This document shows positions 28,224 through 36,376 of a DNA stretch of 64,000 nt, one piece after another (within the stretch, counting starts at the first letter, position 1; each line of letters starts with the position of its first letter). The stretch comes from a phage. Below the pieces are notes generated by a model, which saw nothing but the letters and a program-made list of their open reading frames with translations, did not search any database and was not told the origin of the DNA. The position numbers and the translations under genes are program-made. The DNA lies in the NCBI GenBank assembly GCA_036436775.1, contig GCA_036436775.1_3676.1, one strand, 5' to 3'.

Positions 28224-28351
28224 GATTTTAACTCCTATCTATCTGGTTAATGATTGGGGGCCTCCCCCTCGACAACTCTTATTATCCATATTGTCGGGAA
28301 TGATGCAAGTACTTCTTTAAAAATTTTTTAAGCGCCCCGTATGCCGTTGTA

Positions 28352-28390
28352 ACGCCAAAATAATAAAGGCCATGCAACCGCATGGCCTTT
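28352..28390 (-). terminator. Rho-independent terminator (- strand)
   Basis: On - strand GGCCATGC-GGTT-GCATGGCC followed by TTTATTATTTTGG. Confidence 0.6.
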
Positions 28391-28448
28391 ATGTGATTAT
28401 ATTGCTGCAGGCCCTGCTAGGGGCCTTATTTTGCACCATTTGCCGGAA

Positions 28449-28757
28449 TTATTCAGAGAAAACATCGTTCACAATAGCGATCACAATGCCGCCCACCTTG
28501 TCACGGTCAACAATGCACAAATCACCATAAATCATGTGGTAGTCTGGATGATCTTTCACGGAATAGTCAATGAGTGTTTTCTTATCGTCCAGCTTCGTAA
28601 CTTCCATTCTCATAACGATATGAGAATCATCAAAGGCATTATTCCGAAAAGTCATAGCCTGACCGCCAGGGCACCCGGTGATCTCCACTTCCACACCATC
28701 TACAATCTGACCATCAAAGAAATAAAGATTATTAGCCTGGATAAACATGTCTATCAC
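28449..28757 (-). CDS. Hypothetical protein
   Basis: 102-aa ORF with AAGGAG RBS. Confidence 0.6.
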   Translation of the reverse strand: MIDMFIQANNLYFFDGQIVDGVEVEITGCPGGQAMTFRNNAFDDSHIVMRMEVTKLDDKKTLIDYSVKDHPDYHMIYGDLCIVDRDKVGGIVIAIVNDVFSE

Positions 28758-28794
28758 TCCTTGTTAACTGCGTGGTATTTTAACAGGGTTTAAA

Positions 28795-28839
28795 TTTACT
28801 TTATTGATGGCCCTGGAGTCAAGGCCATCTAAAAATAAA
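28795..28839. repeat. 45-bp exact repeat, copy 1 (TTTACTTTATTGATGGCCCTGGAGTCAAGGCCATCTAAAAATAAA)
   Basis: Identical to copies at 32521 and 33141; starts 2 nt after a - strand stop codon; contains palindrome GATGGCC...GGCCATC with TTGACT in the loop. Confidence 0.9.
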
Positions 28840-28841
28840 TT

Positions 28842-29042
28842 TTACAGGCCTACAATCTCTTTGATTCGTTTAACCGCTGCCTCAGCGCCTTGGGGGTAAA
28901 AATTATGGTAACCAATCACGCGAGTGATACTAATCGCCGTTTGATGATCTTCATAATCGCCCTTGAAGATTTCTTGACCATCGACCAGAACAGCCAGTTT
29001 TTCATCTTTTTTAAAATTGATAACGCGAATATTCTTGCTCAT
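28842..29042 (-). CDS. Hypothetical protein
   Basis: 66-aa ORF with GAAGAGGAGAAAG RBS. Confidence 0.6.
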   Translation of the reverse strand: MSKNIRVINFKKDEKLAVLVDGQEIFKGDYEDHQTAISITRVIGYHNFYPQGAEAAVKRIKEIVGL

Positions 29043-29144
29043 TTTCTTTCTCCTCTTCAGGCTTTTGTTTGTGTGGTGGGGATGTTTCCCCGTTGATTGT
29101 TATTATCCATATTGCGGACCAGATTGCAACACCCTGGAAGAAAA

Positions 29145-29180
29145 ATTTTTTGAAAAAGATAAGCCCCCATGATTGGGGGC
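29145..29180 (-). terminator. Rho-independent terminator (- strand)
   Basis: On - strand GCCCCCA-ATCA-TGGGGGC followed by TTATCTTTTTC. Confidence 0.55.
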
Positions 29181-29185
29181 CGTTC

Positions 29186-29305
29186 TTAGTTACTTACAGC
29201 GATAAAGTACATCCCTACGCCTAACAATATTTCAAGGGCGATGATCTCCAGCCATACCATAACCCGGCGCACCTTATCGGTGCTGGGCTTATCCTTGGTT
29301 GTCAT
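29186..29305 (-). CDS. Small membrane peptide (39 aa)
   Basis: ATG with GGGGAGACG RBS; TM helix; not in ORF track. Confidence 0.4.
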   Translation of the reverse strand: MTTKDKPSTDKVRRVMVWLEIIALEILLGVGMYFIAVSN

Positions 29306-29341
29306 CGTCTCCCCCTTTCCTTCTGGTAGTAGTGACGTGGT

Positions 29342-29548
29342 TTACAATGGCCCCCCAGGAGTACCATCACCACGCACATCACAAGAAAAATTATCTCTGT
29401 CGTTGTTCGATCCATTGTTATAAAATTCCTCAAGATCAGGCCTGAAAATAAAGCGTTCGTTATTGAATCCGTCACGCCAAGCGGCTGGCTTCAAATCTTC
29501 ACTAAAGGGATTAATTAACGTGGCATTATTTAAACGGTTGGCCCACAT
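29342..29548 (-). CDS. Hypothetical protein
   Basis: Start moved to ATG with GAGAGGAA RBS. Confidence 0.45.
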   Translation of the reverse strand: MWANRLNNATLINPFSEDLKPAAWRDGFNNERFIFRPDLEEFYNNGSNNDRDNFSCDVRGDGTPGGPL

Positions 29549-29900
29549 ATTTTCTATTCCTCTCAAATAAGCGATCCGCCTCAGTTAAACATATCTCATG
29601 GGCTTGATCTCTGGTTTTAGCTTCATCAAAAACTTGTTGCGCCAGGCTGCAGCGCAAGGAGACCGGAAGATCACTATAATAGGCGTTAACAAAAGTTTGA
29701 GCGTCATACAGGTCGGAAAATACTTTACCCTTATTATTATTATTATCCTTGTCAACAATTGCAAGGATAACTAGTACAATGGTTGCAACCACTCCCAGGA
29801 AAATAGATATAACAAACCATAGAAAAGCGGATCTACCTATTTTGCCAGCTATCCAGGCGTTGAACAAGGCAACTACTACAGCCAAAATAATAAATTCCAT
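29526..29900 (-). CDS. Membrane protein (2 predicted TM helices)
   Basis: Start moved to ATG with AAAGAGGTACATAGA RBS. Confidence 0.6.
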   Translation of the reverse strand: MEFIILAVVVALFNAWIAGKIGRSAFLWFVISIFLGVVATIVLVILAIVDKDNNNNKGKVFSDLYDAQTFVNAYYSDLPVSLRCSLAQQVFDEAKTRDQAHEICLTEADRLFERNRKYVGQPFK

Positions 29901-29964
29901 TCTATGTACCTCTTTTGCAGTTCTGTTTAACAATAAGGCGGCAAATATGCCGCCTGTTACCTGA

Positions 29965-30345
29965 TTAAAAATTATCGCCGTAAATCTTTCCGCTTTCTGC
30001 CCACACTACCACGCGGGGCATGTTATCCCATACATCTTGTTTTAGATTTAACGCGTGCAATTCTTCGGTGGTGCTCATACCAGGCACGGGCTGATTGTAT
30101 ACTGCAAAACGACCACCTGCATAATCATAGGCCAGAGTTAAATCACACTGGATCATCTTTTTGATCATGGCGTTGAGCATAGCGTTAGCCGCATACTGGT
30201 CACGTTTTAAAGGCAACTCTTTGATTAGTTTGCGATAGTTTTCAATGTGATCACACACTGTTTCACGTGGAAGATCTTTCATATCCTCGCGAAAGGTAAC
30301 CAGGTTAAACATAACGGTGTCAATAGCTTTAGTAGTGTTTTTCAT
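29965..30345 (-). CDS. Hypothetical protein
   Basis: Start moved to ATG with AAAGAGGAAAACATC RBS; promoter TTGCAA-N16-TATATT and hairpin in UTR. Confidence 0.6.
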   Translation of the reverse strand: MKNTTKAIDTVMFNLVTFREDMKDLPRETVCDHIENYRKLIKELPLKRDQYAANAMLNAMIKKMIQCDLTLAYDYAGGRFAVYNQPVPGMSTTEELHALNLKQDVWDNMPRVVVWAESGKIYGDNF

Positions 30346-30435
30346 GATGTTTTCCTCTTTGTTTTGTGTGGGGGGCAAACGTCTTGCCCCTTGAGTTTTA
30401 ATATAGCAGGTTTTTAGGTTATTGCAACACTTTAT

Positions 30436-31059
30436 TTATGAAAAAGTCATCTCACCATATTCATCGACATCAAACCGCCAATCATTGGCCTCGATAAGGC
30501 CGATCAAGTTTTCAGATGTGAATTGCTCCAAATAGGCCGCTTCCAAGTCTACGTAAACCTTGCGAGATAGTTCACGTACAGTCTCGGTGATCAGCTCTTC
30601 CAGATCTTCCACTTTGTTTTCTTGCTTGGTGGTCAGGTCCAGCCATGTAGTATCGATGTATCCGTTTACAGTGTTTTCGTGACTATATCGGCTGTATGTG
30701 TCACGTTCAACACTTGCGGATAGCTCGCCATCGTGCATTGTGCCGAACAAGTGACGAATTGAGCGGAATTTAGTCAGAGACTTGACTTTACGCAAGAATT
30801 TTTCTAAATCCACGTTTTCAGCACTGATTGACGCGCCGTCACCCTGGCACCAAAAGCCGGACCAATGTACATCTGTATCTTCAAGCCCGTACTCTGGAAA
30901 AACATATTCTTTATAGTATTCAATTACACTTTCTGCGAAAAAGTTATCGCCGCTGTTTTCTTCTCTTTCGCGGACCATTTCAACGGCTTTTTCTTTTTGT
31001 TCATCAGTCAGCACGTCGAAAGATAAATTGTAACCTGCGGTAATGTTAACGGTAGTCAT
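30436..31059 (-). CDS. Hypothetical protein (207 aa)
   Basis: ORF with AGGAGAAAATATC RBS; own promoter and 5'UTR hairpin GGCGGGAA-AAA-TTCCCGCC. Confidence 0.65.
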   Translation of the reverse strand: MTTVNITAGYNLSFDVLTDEQKEKAVEMVREREENSGDNFFAESVIEYYKEYVFPEYGLEDTDVHWSGFWCQGDGASISAENVDLEKFLRKVKSLTKFRSIRHLFGTMHDGELSASVERDTYSRYSHENTVNGYIDTTWLDLTTKQENKVEDLEELITETVRELSRKVYVDLEAAYLEQFTSENLIGLIEANDWRFDVDEYGEMTFS

Positions 31060-31116
31060 GATATTTTCTCCTATTTTCTTCGGTGGTGGCGGGAATTTTT
31101 CCCGCCTATGTGGTTA

Positions 31117-31144
31117 AGTATACTTGTCTAATCTTACTTGTCAA
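31117..31144 (-). promoter_or_regulatory. Sigma70-like promoter TTGACA-N16-TATACT (- strand)
   Basis: Hexamers read on reverse complement. Confidence 0.55.
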
Positions 31145-31394
31145 CACTATTTTTTAAATTGTTGTAGCGTAAAACGTTCAAGATATCTTTGATATCATCA
31201 GCACGGCGGCAATTTTTAAACGCTACCAATTGCCCCAGGATTTTAATCACCGGGCGGCCTTGCCAGTGCCCTTGAAGAAAGCGCGCCTTAACCTTATCGG
31301 TGGAACTATCACGCCACCAAACGGCTTTATTATTGCAGTAGTAAAAATTATTTAGGACAACATCGACTTTATCAAAATTTTTCAATTTACGCAT
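31134..31394 (-). CDS. Hypothetical basic protein
   Basis: 86-aa ORF with AAGGGG RBS; promoter TTGACA-N18-TATACT at 31430-31459. Confidence 0.55.
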   Translation of the reverse strand: MRKLKNFDKVDVVLNNFYYCNNKAVWWRDSSTDKVKARFLQGHWQGRPVIKILGQLVAFKNCRRADDIKDILNVLRYNNLKNSVDK

Positions 31395-31616
31395 GGCGTT
31401 TACCCCTTACTTCTCGCTTTGATGTGATTAGTATATCTAGAGTATTTTTAGATGTCAACAATATTTTTAACGCTTTAAAACAGCCTTTGACGATGTTTTC
31501 AGGTTAAGAAAGGGGATTGCATGGGTAGGGGGCCTTTAGGGCGTTGTGGGGCCAACCAGGGGCGCTATTCGTAGGATAGAAATAAAAAGCCCCGCACGAT
31601 GGCGGGGCGTTGGTTG

Positions 31617-31814
31617 TTAGTTGCCTTTGTGGCGGTATCGTTCCGCCTGCCGTTCACGTTCCAAAAGGAGGCCCGGCAATTTACGATCATAATGATTCCG
31701 CCAGATCTTCCCAAATCTTTTTGGCTTATTCAGTTTATTGTTACGCTGGCGGCGTTCCGGCAGCTCTTCGGAATCATGAGATCGCTTTACAATCTTCTCA
31801 AAATTAATCTTCAT
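31617..31814 (-). CDS. Hypothetical basic protein
   Basis: Start moved to ATG with AAGGGGGGAATAT RBS. Confidence 0.5.
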   Translation of the reverse strand: MKINFEKIVKRSHDSEELPERRQRNNKLNKPKRFGKIWRNHYDRKLPGLLLERERQAERYRHKGN

Positions 31815-32157
31815 ATATTCCCCCCTTGCTAACTTCAATATTGGCCTGAATAGCCCTGATACGTCGCTTTATAGCTTCCTGATTTGTGTGATCGTATCCC
31901 CAAAAGTCTACAATTTTTGCGCCACCAGCCTCCAGGCGGTATAGTGTTTCCTGCATCTTGTAAGCTGGGATCGGTCGCGGTGTTACTTGGTCACCTTCTT
32001 TATTTTTATACTTTACAATATAATCTTCGTTATCGTTGAATATCCAAAATGGATATTCTGCAAGGGCGGTACTTCCTCTTTCCTTTTTATCCTGGATCTT
32101 GTTTACAATTAAAGCCGTAGCAATAGCGCCAATAATAAAACTAGCCCCGCTGATCAT
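31804..32157 (-). CDS. Membrane-anchored hypothetical protein
   Basis: Start moved to ATG with AAAGGAGAAAG RBS; N-terminal TM helix. Confidence 0.55.
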   Translation of the reverse strand: MISGASFIIGAIATALIVNKIQDKKERGSTALAEYPFWIFNDNEDYIVKYKNKEGDQVTPRPIPAYKMQETLYRLEAGGAKIVDFWGYDHTNQEAIKRRIRAIQANIEVSKGGIYED

Positions 32158-32234
32158 GTTACTTTCTCCTTTCATGGTGTTAGTAAATTATCTTTACAGA
32201 TGTGGCCCTGCAGCCAGGACCACCGAAAAAATAA

Positions 32235-32480
32235 CTATTTCACAATGCCTACAAAACAGATCCCGCCTTCACCTATATAAGCAATGTCGGTAATTTTATA
32301 ATTTGTTAAGATCCGCGTATTCAGCTCGTTAATAAAATCGGTCATCGCGTTGGTGTAGTTGTCTTCCATGTCTAGGGAATAATCCCAGGTGTAAACCTTT
32401 TTACGTCCGAAGCCTTTTACCATGATCCGGGCGCTTTTGGTGTTGGTGGGCGCATAGTATTTGGTAATTAGTGCTGCCAT
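32235..32480 (-). CDS. Hypothetical protein
   Basis: 81-aa ORF with TGAGGAG RBS. Confidence 0.6.
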   Translation of the reverse strand: MAALITKYYAPTNTKSARIMVKGFGRKKVYTWDYSLDMEDNYTNAMTDFINELNTRILTNYKITDIAYIGEGGICFVGIVK

Positions 32481-32520
32481 GGTTTTAACTCCTCATTAGT
32501 TCAGTGTTAACAGTGTAAAG

Positions 32521-32565
32521 TTTACTTTATTGATGGCCCTGGAGTCAAGGCCATCTAAAAATAAA
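32521..32565. repeat. 45-bp exact repeat, copy 2
   Basis: Identical to 28795-28839; starts 2 nt after the stop of the 32567-32908 gene. Confidence 0.9.
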
Positions 32566-32566
32566 T

Positions 32567-32908
32567 TTATTCGTTTTCTTCCAGTTCTGAAAGCTCTTCT
32601 TTCACTTCCTCAAGCTCTGTCTGCAATTCCTGGTATTCTTCATCGTCCTCAATATCCAGGCTGTCGATGTAGTCGCTAAATCCGCAGCGGTAAGCGATAG
32701 GATCTAGCTCCTTGAGGATACGCGACGGAAGAAAAGAAATGTTTCCGATCATAATTTCGCCGTAGATCTCGTCTAACCATTCATCATAGTTTTCGTCGTA
32801 CTTGTCCTCGTCGATTTCAAAGTTATCGATCTTATTCTCAAGGTCTGCGATCTGTTTTTTCAGCGCGGCGATCTGCATGGCTTTTTCTGCGGCGGTCATA
32901 GTAGTCAT
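32567..32908 (-). CDS. Highly acidic coiled-coil-like protein
   Basis: 113-aa ORF, strongly D/E-rich, AAAGGAGAAAACAC RBS. Confidence 0.6.
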   Translation of the reverse strand: MTTMTAAEKAMQIAALKKQIADLENKIDNFEIDEDKYDENYDEWLDEIYGEIMIGNISFLPSRILKELDPIAYRCGFSDYIDSLDIEDDEEYQELQTELEEVKEELSELEENE

Positions 32909-32957
32909 GGTGTTTTCTCCTTTTGTGTGTTCTGGGAAGTTTTCCCGTTGATGTGCT

Positions 32958-32986
32958 TAGTATATCGATCTAAGTTAGCTTGTCAA
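32958..32986 (-). promoter_or_regulatory. Sigma70-like promoter TTGACA-N17-TATACT (- strand)
   Basis: Hexamers read on reverse complement; followed by hairpin CGGGAA-AACT-TCCCAG. Confidence 0.55.
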
Positions 32987-33106
32987 TTAAAAATTTAAGA
33001 AAAATTTTGCAAAACTGTTAGCGCTACTCATCAACATTTGCGCCAGGATGTACCCAATGATGCAAACGATGATGGTTACCTTTGTGTGCTGGCGTGTAGT
33101 GCTCAT
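32987..33106 (-). CDS. Small membrane peptide (39 aa)
   Basis: ATG with AAAAAGGAGG RBS; TM helix; not in ORF track. Confidence 0.45.
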   Translation of the reverse strand: MSTTRQHTKVTIIVCIIGYILAQMLMSSANSFAKFFLNF

Positions 33107-33140
33107 CTTCAAGCCTCCTTTTTAGCTTAACTGGGATTAG

Positions 33141-33185
33141 TTTACTTTATTGATGGCCCTGGAGTCAAGGCCATCTAAAAATAAA
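33141..33185. repeat. 45-bp exact repeat, copy 3
   Basis: Identical to 28795-28839; starts 2 nt after the stop of the 33187-33582 gene. Confidence 0.9.
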
Positions 33186-33186
33186 C

Positions 33187-33582
33187 TTAGTAAGTTTTCA
33201 GTACTTTCCCGTCCAGTCTGTCAAGCTGGATCTCGATAGCTGCAGAAAACCTATTATAAACCACATCGCCCATGGAGTCCAGCCAATCTATGACGTTATA
33301 CACCTGCTCTTTGTTCTTGCAAGTCCGGATCCGTTTCATTACGTAAGACGGATCAATATTAGTGCTCTCGTTGTTGTGGTCATGCGCCTGGCCTGCTGCA
33401 TTAGTTATAGATTTTACAACCACCTGAAAGGGCTTTAAGGTGCCTTTTGCGTTCATCTCACGCGCTTTTGCGGCGCGGTTGTTATATGTTACACAACGGC
33501 GGCAAATGTTGACTAAATGCATATCAATAATTTTTTCATCGTTTGCCAGTTCGTTCATGATGCGGCGTACGTTCTTATTCAT
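33187..33582 (-). CDS. Hypothetical protein
   Basis: 131-aa ORF with AAAGGAAAAAGATC RBS; 5'UTR hairpin GGCGGGAA-TGT-TTCCCGCC. Confidence 0.6.
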   Translation of the reverse strand: MNKNVRRIMNELANDEKIIDMHLVNICRRCVTYNNRAAKAREMNAKGTLKPFQVVVKSITNAAGQAHDHNNESTNIDPSYVMKRIRTCKNKEQVYNVIDWLDSMGDVVYNRFSAAIEIQLDRLDGKVLKTY

Positions 33583-33630
33583 GATCTTTTTCCTTTGTGT
33601 TGGCGGGAAACATTCCCGCCTTTTGTGCCT

Positions 33631-33659
33631 AGTTTACTTTAATTTTGCAGCGTGTCAAT
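33631..33659 (-). promoter_or_regulatory. Sigma70-like promoter TTGACA-N17-TAAACT (- strand)
   Basis: Hexamers read on reverse complement. Confidence 0.5.
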
Positions 33660-33668
33660 AATTTTTTT

Positions 33669-34067
33669 TTATTCGTGGGCGCATGTCACAATGTGCTTTT
33701 TATACCCCAGGTGGGCAGCAAGTGCTGACAAAAACTCATCCTCATAGATCCAGCCGTTGGCAGTGATCCCCATAGCATTTAACGCGCTTTCAAGTGCTGC
33801 ATTGGCCTTATCATAACCGTGACCGCTCGCCTTGCCACCAGTATAACCGTACTTGTTGTTCTTGCTGTCGTGCATCCAAAAGACGCAATAATGAGTGTTA
33901 CCGCTGGAGGCGGCATAATACCGGATCTCGGCTACTTCGTGTAAATTATTATCATCGTCTAGGCCAACCAGATTATAAGCCTTGTAGAATCCCCGCTCAC
34001 GGCGGCAGTTCTTAACATCAGAAAAAGAGAAGTCAGCATTATCAAAATTAAAGGTTGTAGTTTTCAT
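33669..34067 (-). CDS. Hypothetical protein
   Basis: 132-aa ORF with AAGAGGATAAAATC RBS. Confidence 0.6.
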   Translation of the reverse strand: MKTTTFNFDNADFSFSDVKNCRRERGFYKAYNLVGLDDDNNLHEVAEIRYYAASSGNTHYCVFWMHDSKNNKYGYTGGKASGHGYDKANAALESALNAMGITANGWIYEDEFLSALAAHLGYKKHIVTCAHE

Positions 34068-34131
34068 GATTTTATCCTCTTAGTGTCTTTTGTGATTTAA
34101 GTATATTTTGTGTCAGACTACATGTCAATAT

Positions 34132-34329
34132 TTATTTTTTATTAAACCAGTGGTTGATCTGACCTTTTGTCAGGGCGCAACGGTTAAGCTGTTGCAGGGT
34201 ATAGCTATGACCGCGACGAAATTTATAAAGGCCTTGCCCGTTGTTGATGGTTACATCCACCAGGCAAACCACTTGATCGGTGACCACCTGGCGAGTGTTG
34301 CGACGTACTTTGATTCCGTATGCGTTCAT
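34132..34329 (-). CDS. Hypothetical basic protein
   Basis: 65-aa ORF with AAAGAGGATAAAAAATC RBS; promoter TTGACA-N16-TATTCT at 34382-34409. Confidence 0.55.
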   Translation of the reverse strand: MNAYGIKVRRNTRQVVTDQVVCLVDVTINNGQGLYKFRRGHSYTLQQLNRCALTKGQINHWFNKK

Positions 34330-34412
34330 GATTTTTTATCCTCTTTACTAGTTAGTGTGGTGTTGTTCACCTTGTAGGATAAGAATAGCAGGACTCCCCC
34401 GGTTGTCAACAA

Positions 34413-34591
34413 TTATTTTAAATTATTTTTATGATAGAATCCACCTGCCGCCGCCCCTACCAGGTTAACCATCATTTTTTCGTACTCTTCTTTATGTTCC
34501 AACGCTCCCGCCATAGCCTTTTCAACCAGGGCGATAGCCTCAGCGTCATTAATAGCTACATTTTCCAGGGGGGATCATATTACCTTTCATT
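34413..34591 (-). pseudogene. Small gene interrupted by frameshift at a C6/G6 homopolymer
   Basis: Strong RBS GAAGAGGAGG + ATG; frame breaks after 13 codons at CCCCCC; a 1-nt change would give a continuous ~59-aa ORF. Confidence 0.35.
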
Positions 34592-34748
34592 TTTGTACCT
34601 CCTCTTCAATTGTTACCTATCCTACAGTATAGGCCCACCAGGTTTACAAGCCTTCATTCTCTCCTACCTGGTCAGTTAGGTCCTGCCAGGCTGGCCCACC
34701 AGGTTGCAGCGGTTAGTGCATCAGGTTAGAAAAATTTTTTGAAAAGTG

Positions 34749-35010
34749 TTGACAGCGGCCCCGCCAGGTGGCACAATATACCTATCGAAAGGACGGAAGG
34801 CACCGGTGACGGGGGAGACAACCACCGGGGATGGGCGCTGCATAAAATGAGAACGGTTATCATTATCATTTAAAAGTTTATGCAAAAAATCCTTGCTCTC
34901 TTTGTCCTGTGTGATACTATAATAACAAGCCGGGGCAACAGGGGCCGGGAGACAACCACCGGGCCTGCCCGTTATTCTGCAAACGAGAATGATTATCATT
35001 CAAAATTCTA
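34749..35010 (+). ncRNA. Two tandem promoter-associated structured units (candidate small RNAs)
   Basis: Each unit has GC stem-loop with identical 17-nt core GGGAGACAACCACCGGG (34813-34829, 34946-34962) and downstream GAGAAYGRTTATCATT palindrome; first preceded by TTGACA and AT-rich UP-like stretch. Confidence 0.35.
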
Positions 35011-35079
35011 AATGAGAACTCCTCGCATTTAATAAATTTAATTAGCATGCTAATTACCCTCCGTAACAATTTCCTATAA

Positions 35080-35560
35080 AACAATACACCATAAAATTTC
35101 CATATAGAAATTTTAAAAATCCATTTCTGAAAACGAAAAATCGATTTCGTCCCAAAAAATTTCAGGCCGAGAGCCGGAACGATTCCCAGAAAATCCGATT
35201 CAGAAAACGAAAAACAGATCGAGTACTGAGAAATTTATCGAGAAAAGTTTTCAGAAAATCAGAGCCCTGAAATGAAAAGTAGATCGAGTACCTGGAAATC
35301 CGCACCGTGACTTCAAGATAGTGGTTAGATTGTTACCATAGAAGGTCAAGGGTAAGTGGAGGAAGTTCTAGTAGAGGGATGTTAGCATGTGCGAGAAATC
35401 TGTAATGGTGGCCTGGAATATGGTGCAAACGATAGGATGGGTGATTCAGCTTGTCGCGCCCACTCTGAAAAAAATCCATTTTAGTTTTCGATCTATTTTC
35501 TGATTTTCTAAGAATTTTAAAATATCTGGCCCGGTGAAATATCAAAAGGAGGAAATCCAT
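35080..35560. repeat. AT-rich tandem/inverted repeat region
   Basis: About 40-45-bp units around CAGAAAAYGAAAAA...GATCGAGTAC repeated 3x at 35100-35300; AAATCCATTTT at 35100, 35467, 35549. Confidence 0.6.
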
Positions 35561-35605
35561 TTTAGAAATCCCCCTTACACTTGATATGCCAGGAATTTTC
35601 AAGTA

Positions 35606-35935
35606 TCAGCTGTCTTTGTTTTTAGGTTTGTACATGCGCAGAGGTATGGTCTTTGTAACATTCCATTTCCTCAATCCTTCCCAGCTCCAGTTGTGGGCGT
35701 GGTATCCGGTTATGCATGCACTACTGGAGTGATCGTAAGCATAAGAGAACGCTAAGCGCACTAGGTGAGGCCAGTCCTTCCACGGTTGTGGTCCGTAAGC
35801 TTTTCTCCAACACCGACACAAACTAAATGTCTCAAGAATAGGCAGGATAACAAATCCATACACCGCCACCAGAATAGCCAGCGCAATGATTGTCAGGAAT
35901 ACATACCCTGCAGTTGAAACGATGATCTCCGTCAT
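35606..35935 (-). CDS. Membrane-anchored hypothetical protein
   Basis: 109-aa ORF, N-terminal TM, AAGGGG RBS, ATGA overlap with upstream gene. Confidence 0.6.
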   Translation of the reverse strand: MTEIIVSTAGYVFLTIIALAILVAVYGFVILPILETFSLCRCWRKAYGPQPWKDWPHLVRLAFSYAYDHSSSACITGYHAHNWSWEGLRKWNVTKTIPLRMYKPKNKDS

Positions 35936-36129
35936 TTGTCATCCCCTTTCTTATGAATATAGATGTGTGAGCCTGCCTGTATATAAATTTCTCGACCATC
36001 TTCTGAAAAGATGTGGAATACACGGTCACCTTCATACTCGATACGAGATATCTTCATAATAGTTTTTCCACCTGGAATACGGATCTCGTCACCTACAGCA
36101 ATGTTCCATGCGGATTTAAGCTTAAACAT
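35932..36129 (-). CDS. Hypothetical protein
   Basis: Start moved to ATG with AAAGGAGGGTG RBS. Confidence 0.55.
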   Translation of the reverse strand: MFKLKSAWNIAVGDEIRIPGGKTIMKISRIEYEGDRVFHIFSEDGREIYIQAGSHIYIHKKGDDK

Positions 36130-36367
36130 CAGCACCCTCCTTTGGGAACTTAAACTCTGGCATAGCCATATACGCCACAACAGGGTTGTGATCAAAGTAG
36201 AACTGACCGTTAATTATCCCGGTTTTACTCACATAGTTACCAGATCCTGCAAGAACAACCTCGCAAGCTCCGAAATCTACATTGCCATCCTCATCAGCCA
36301 TGGCTACGATATACTTTCCAAGAGGCATGTTTTTAACGCCGTCTACAAATGTCCACTCTGTGTTCAT
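36122..36367 (-). CDS. Hypothetical protein
   Basis: 81-aa ORF. Confidence 0.55.
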   Translation of the reverse strand: MNTEWTFVDGVKNMPLGKYIVAMADEDGNVDFGACEVVLAGSGNYVSKTGIINGQFYFDHNPVVAYMAMPEFKFPKEGADV

Positions 36368-36376
36368 ACTTTACCC

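Noticed and set aside
28795-28839. 45-bp repeat as an intrinsic terminator
   Set aside because: The 7-bp-stem hairpin is not followed by a U tract on either strand; the T-rich run precedes the stem
34721-35602. ORFs 34721-34999 (-) and 35333-35602 (-)
   Set aside because: Lie across the duplicated hairpin units and tandem repeats; Pro/Gly/Arg-rich translations with no RBS, so treated as non-coding
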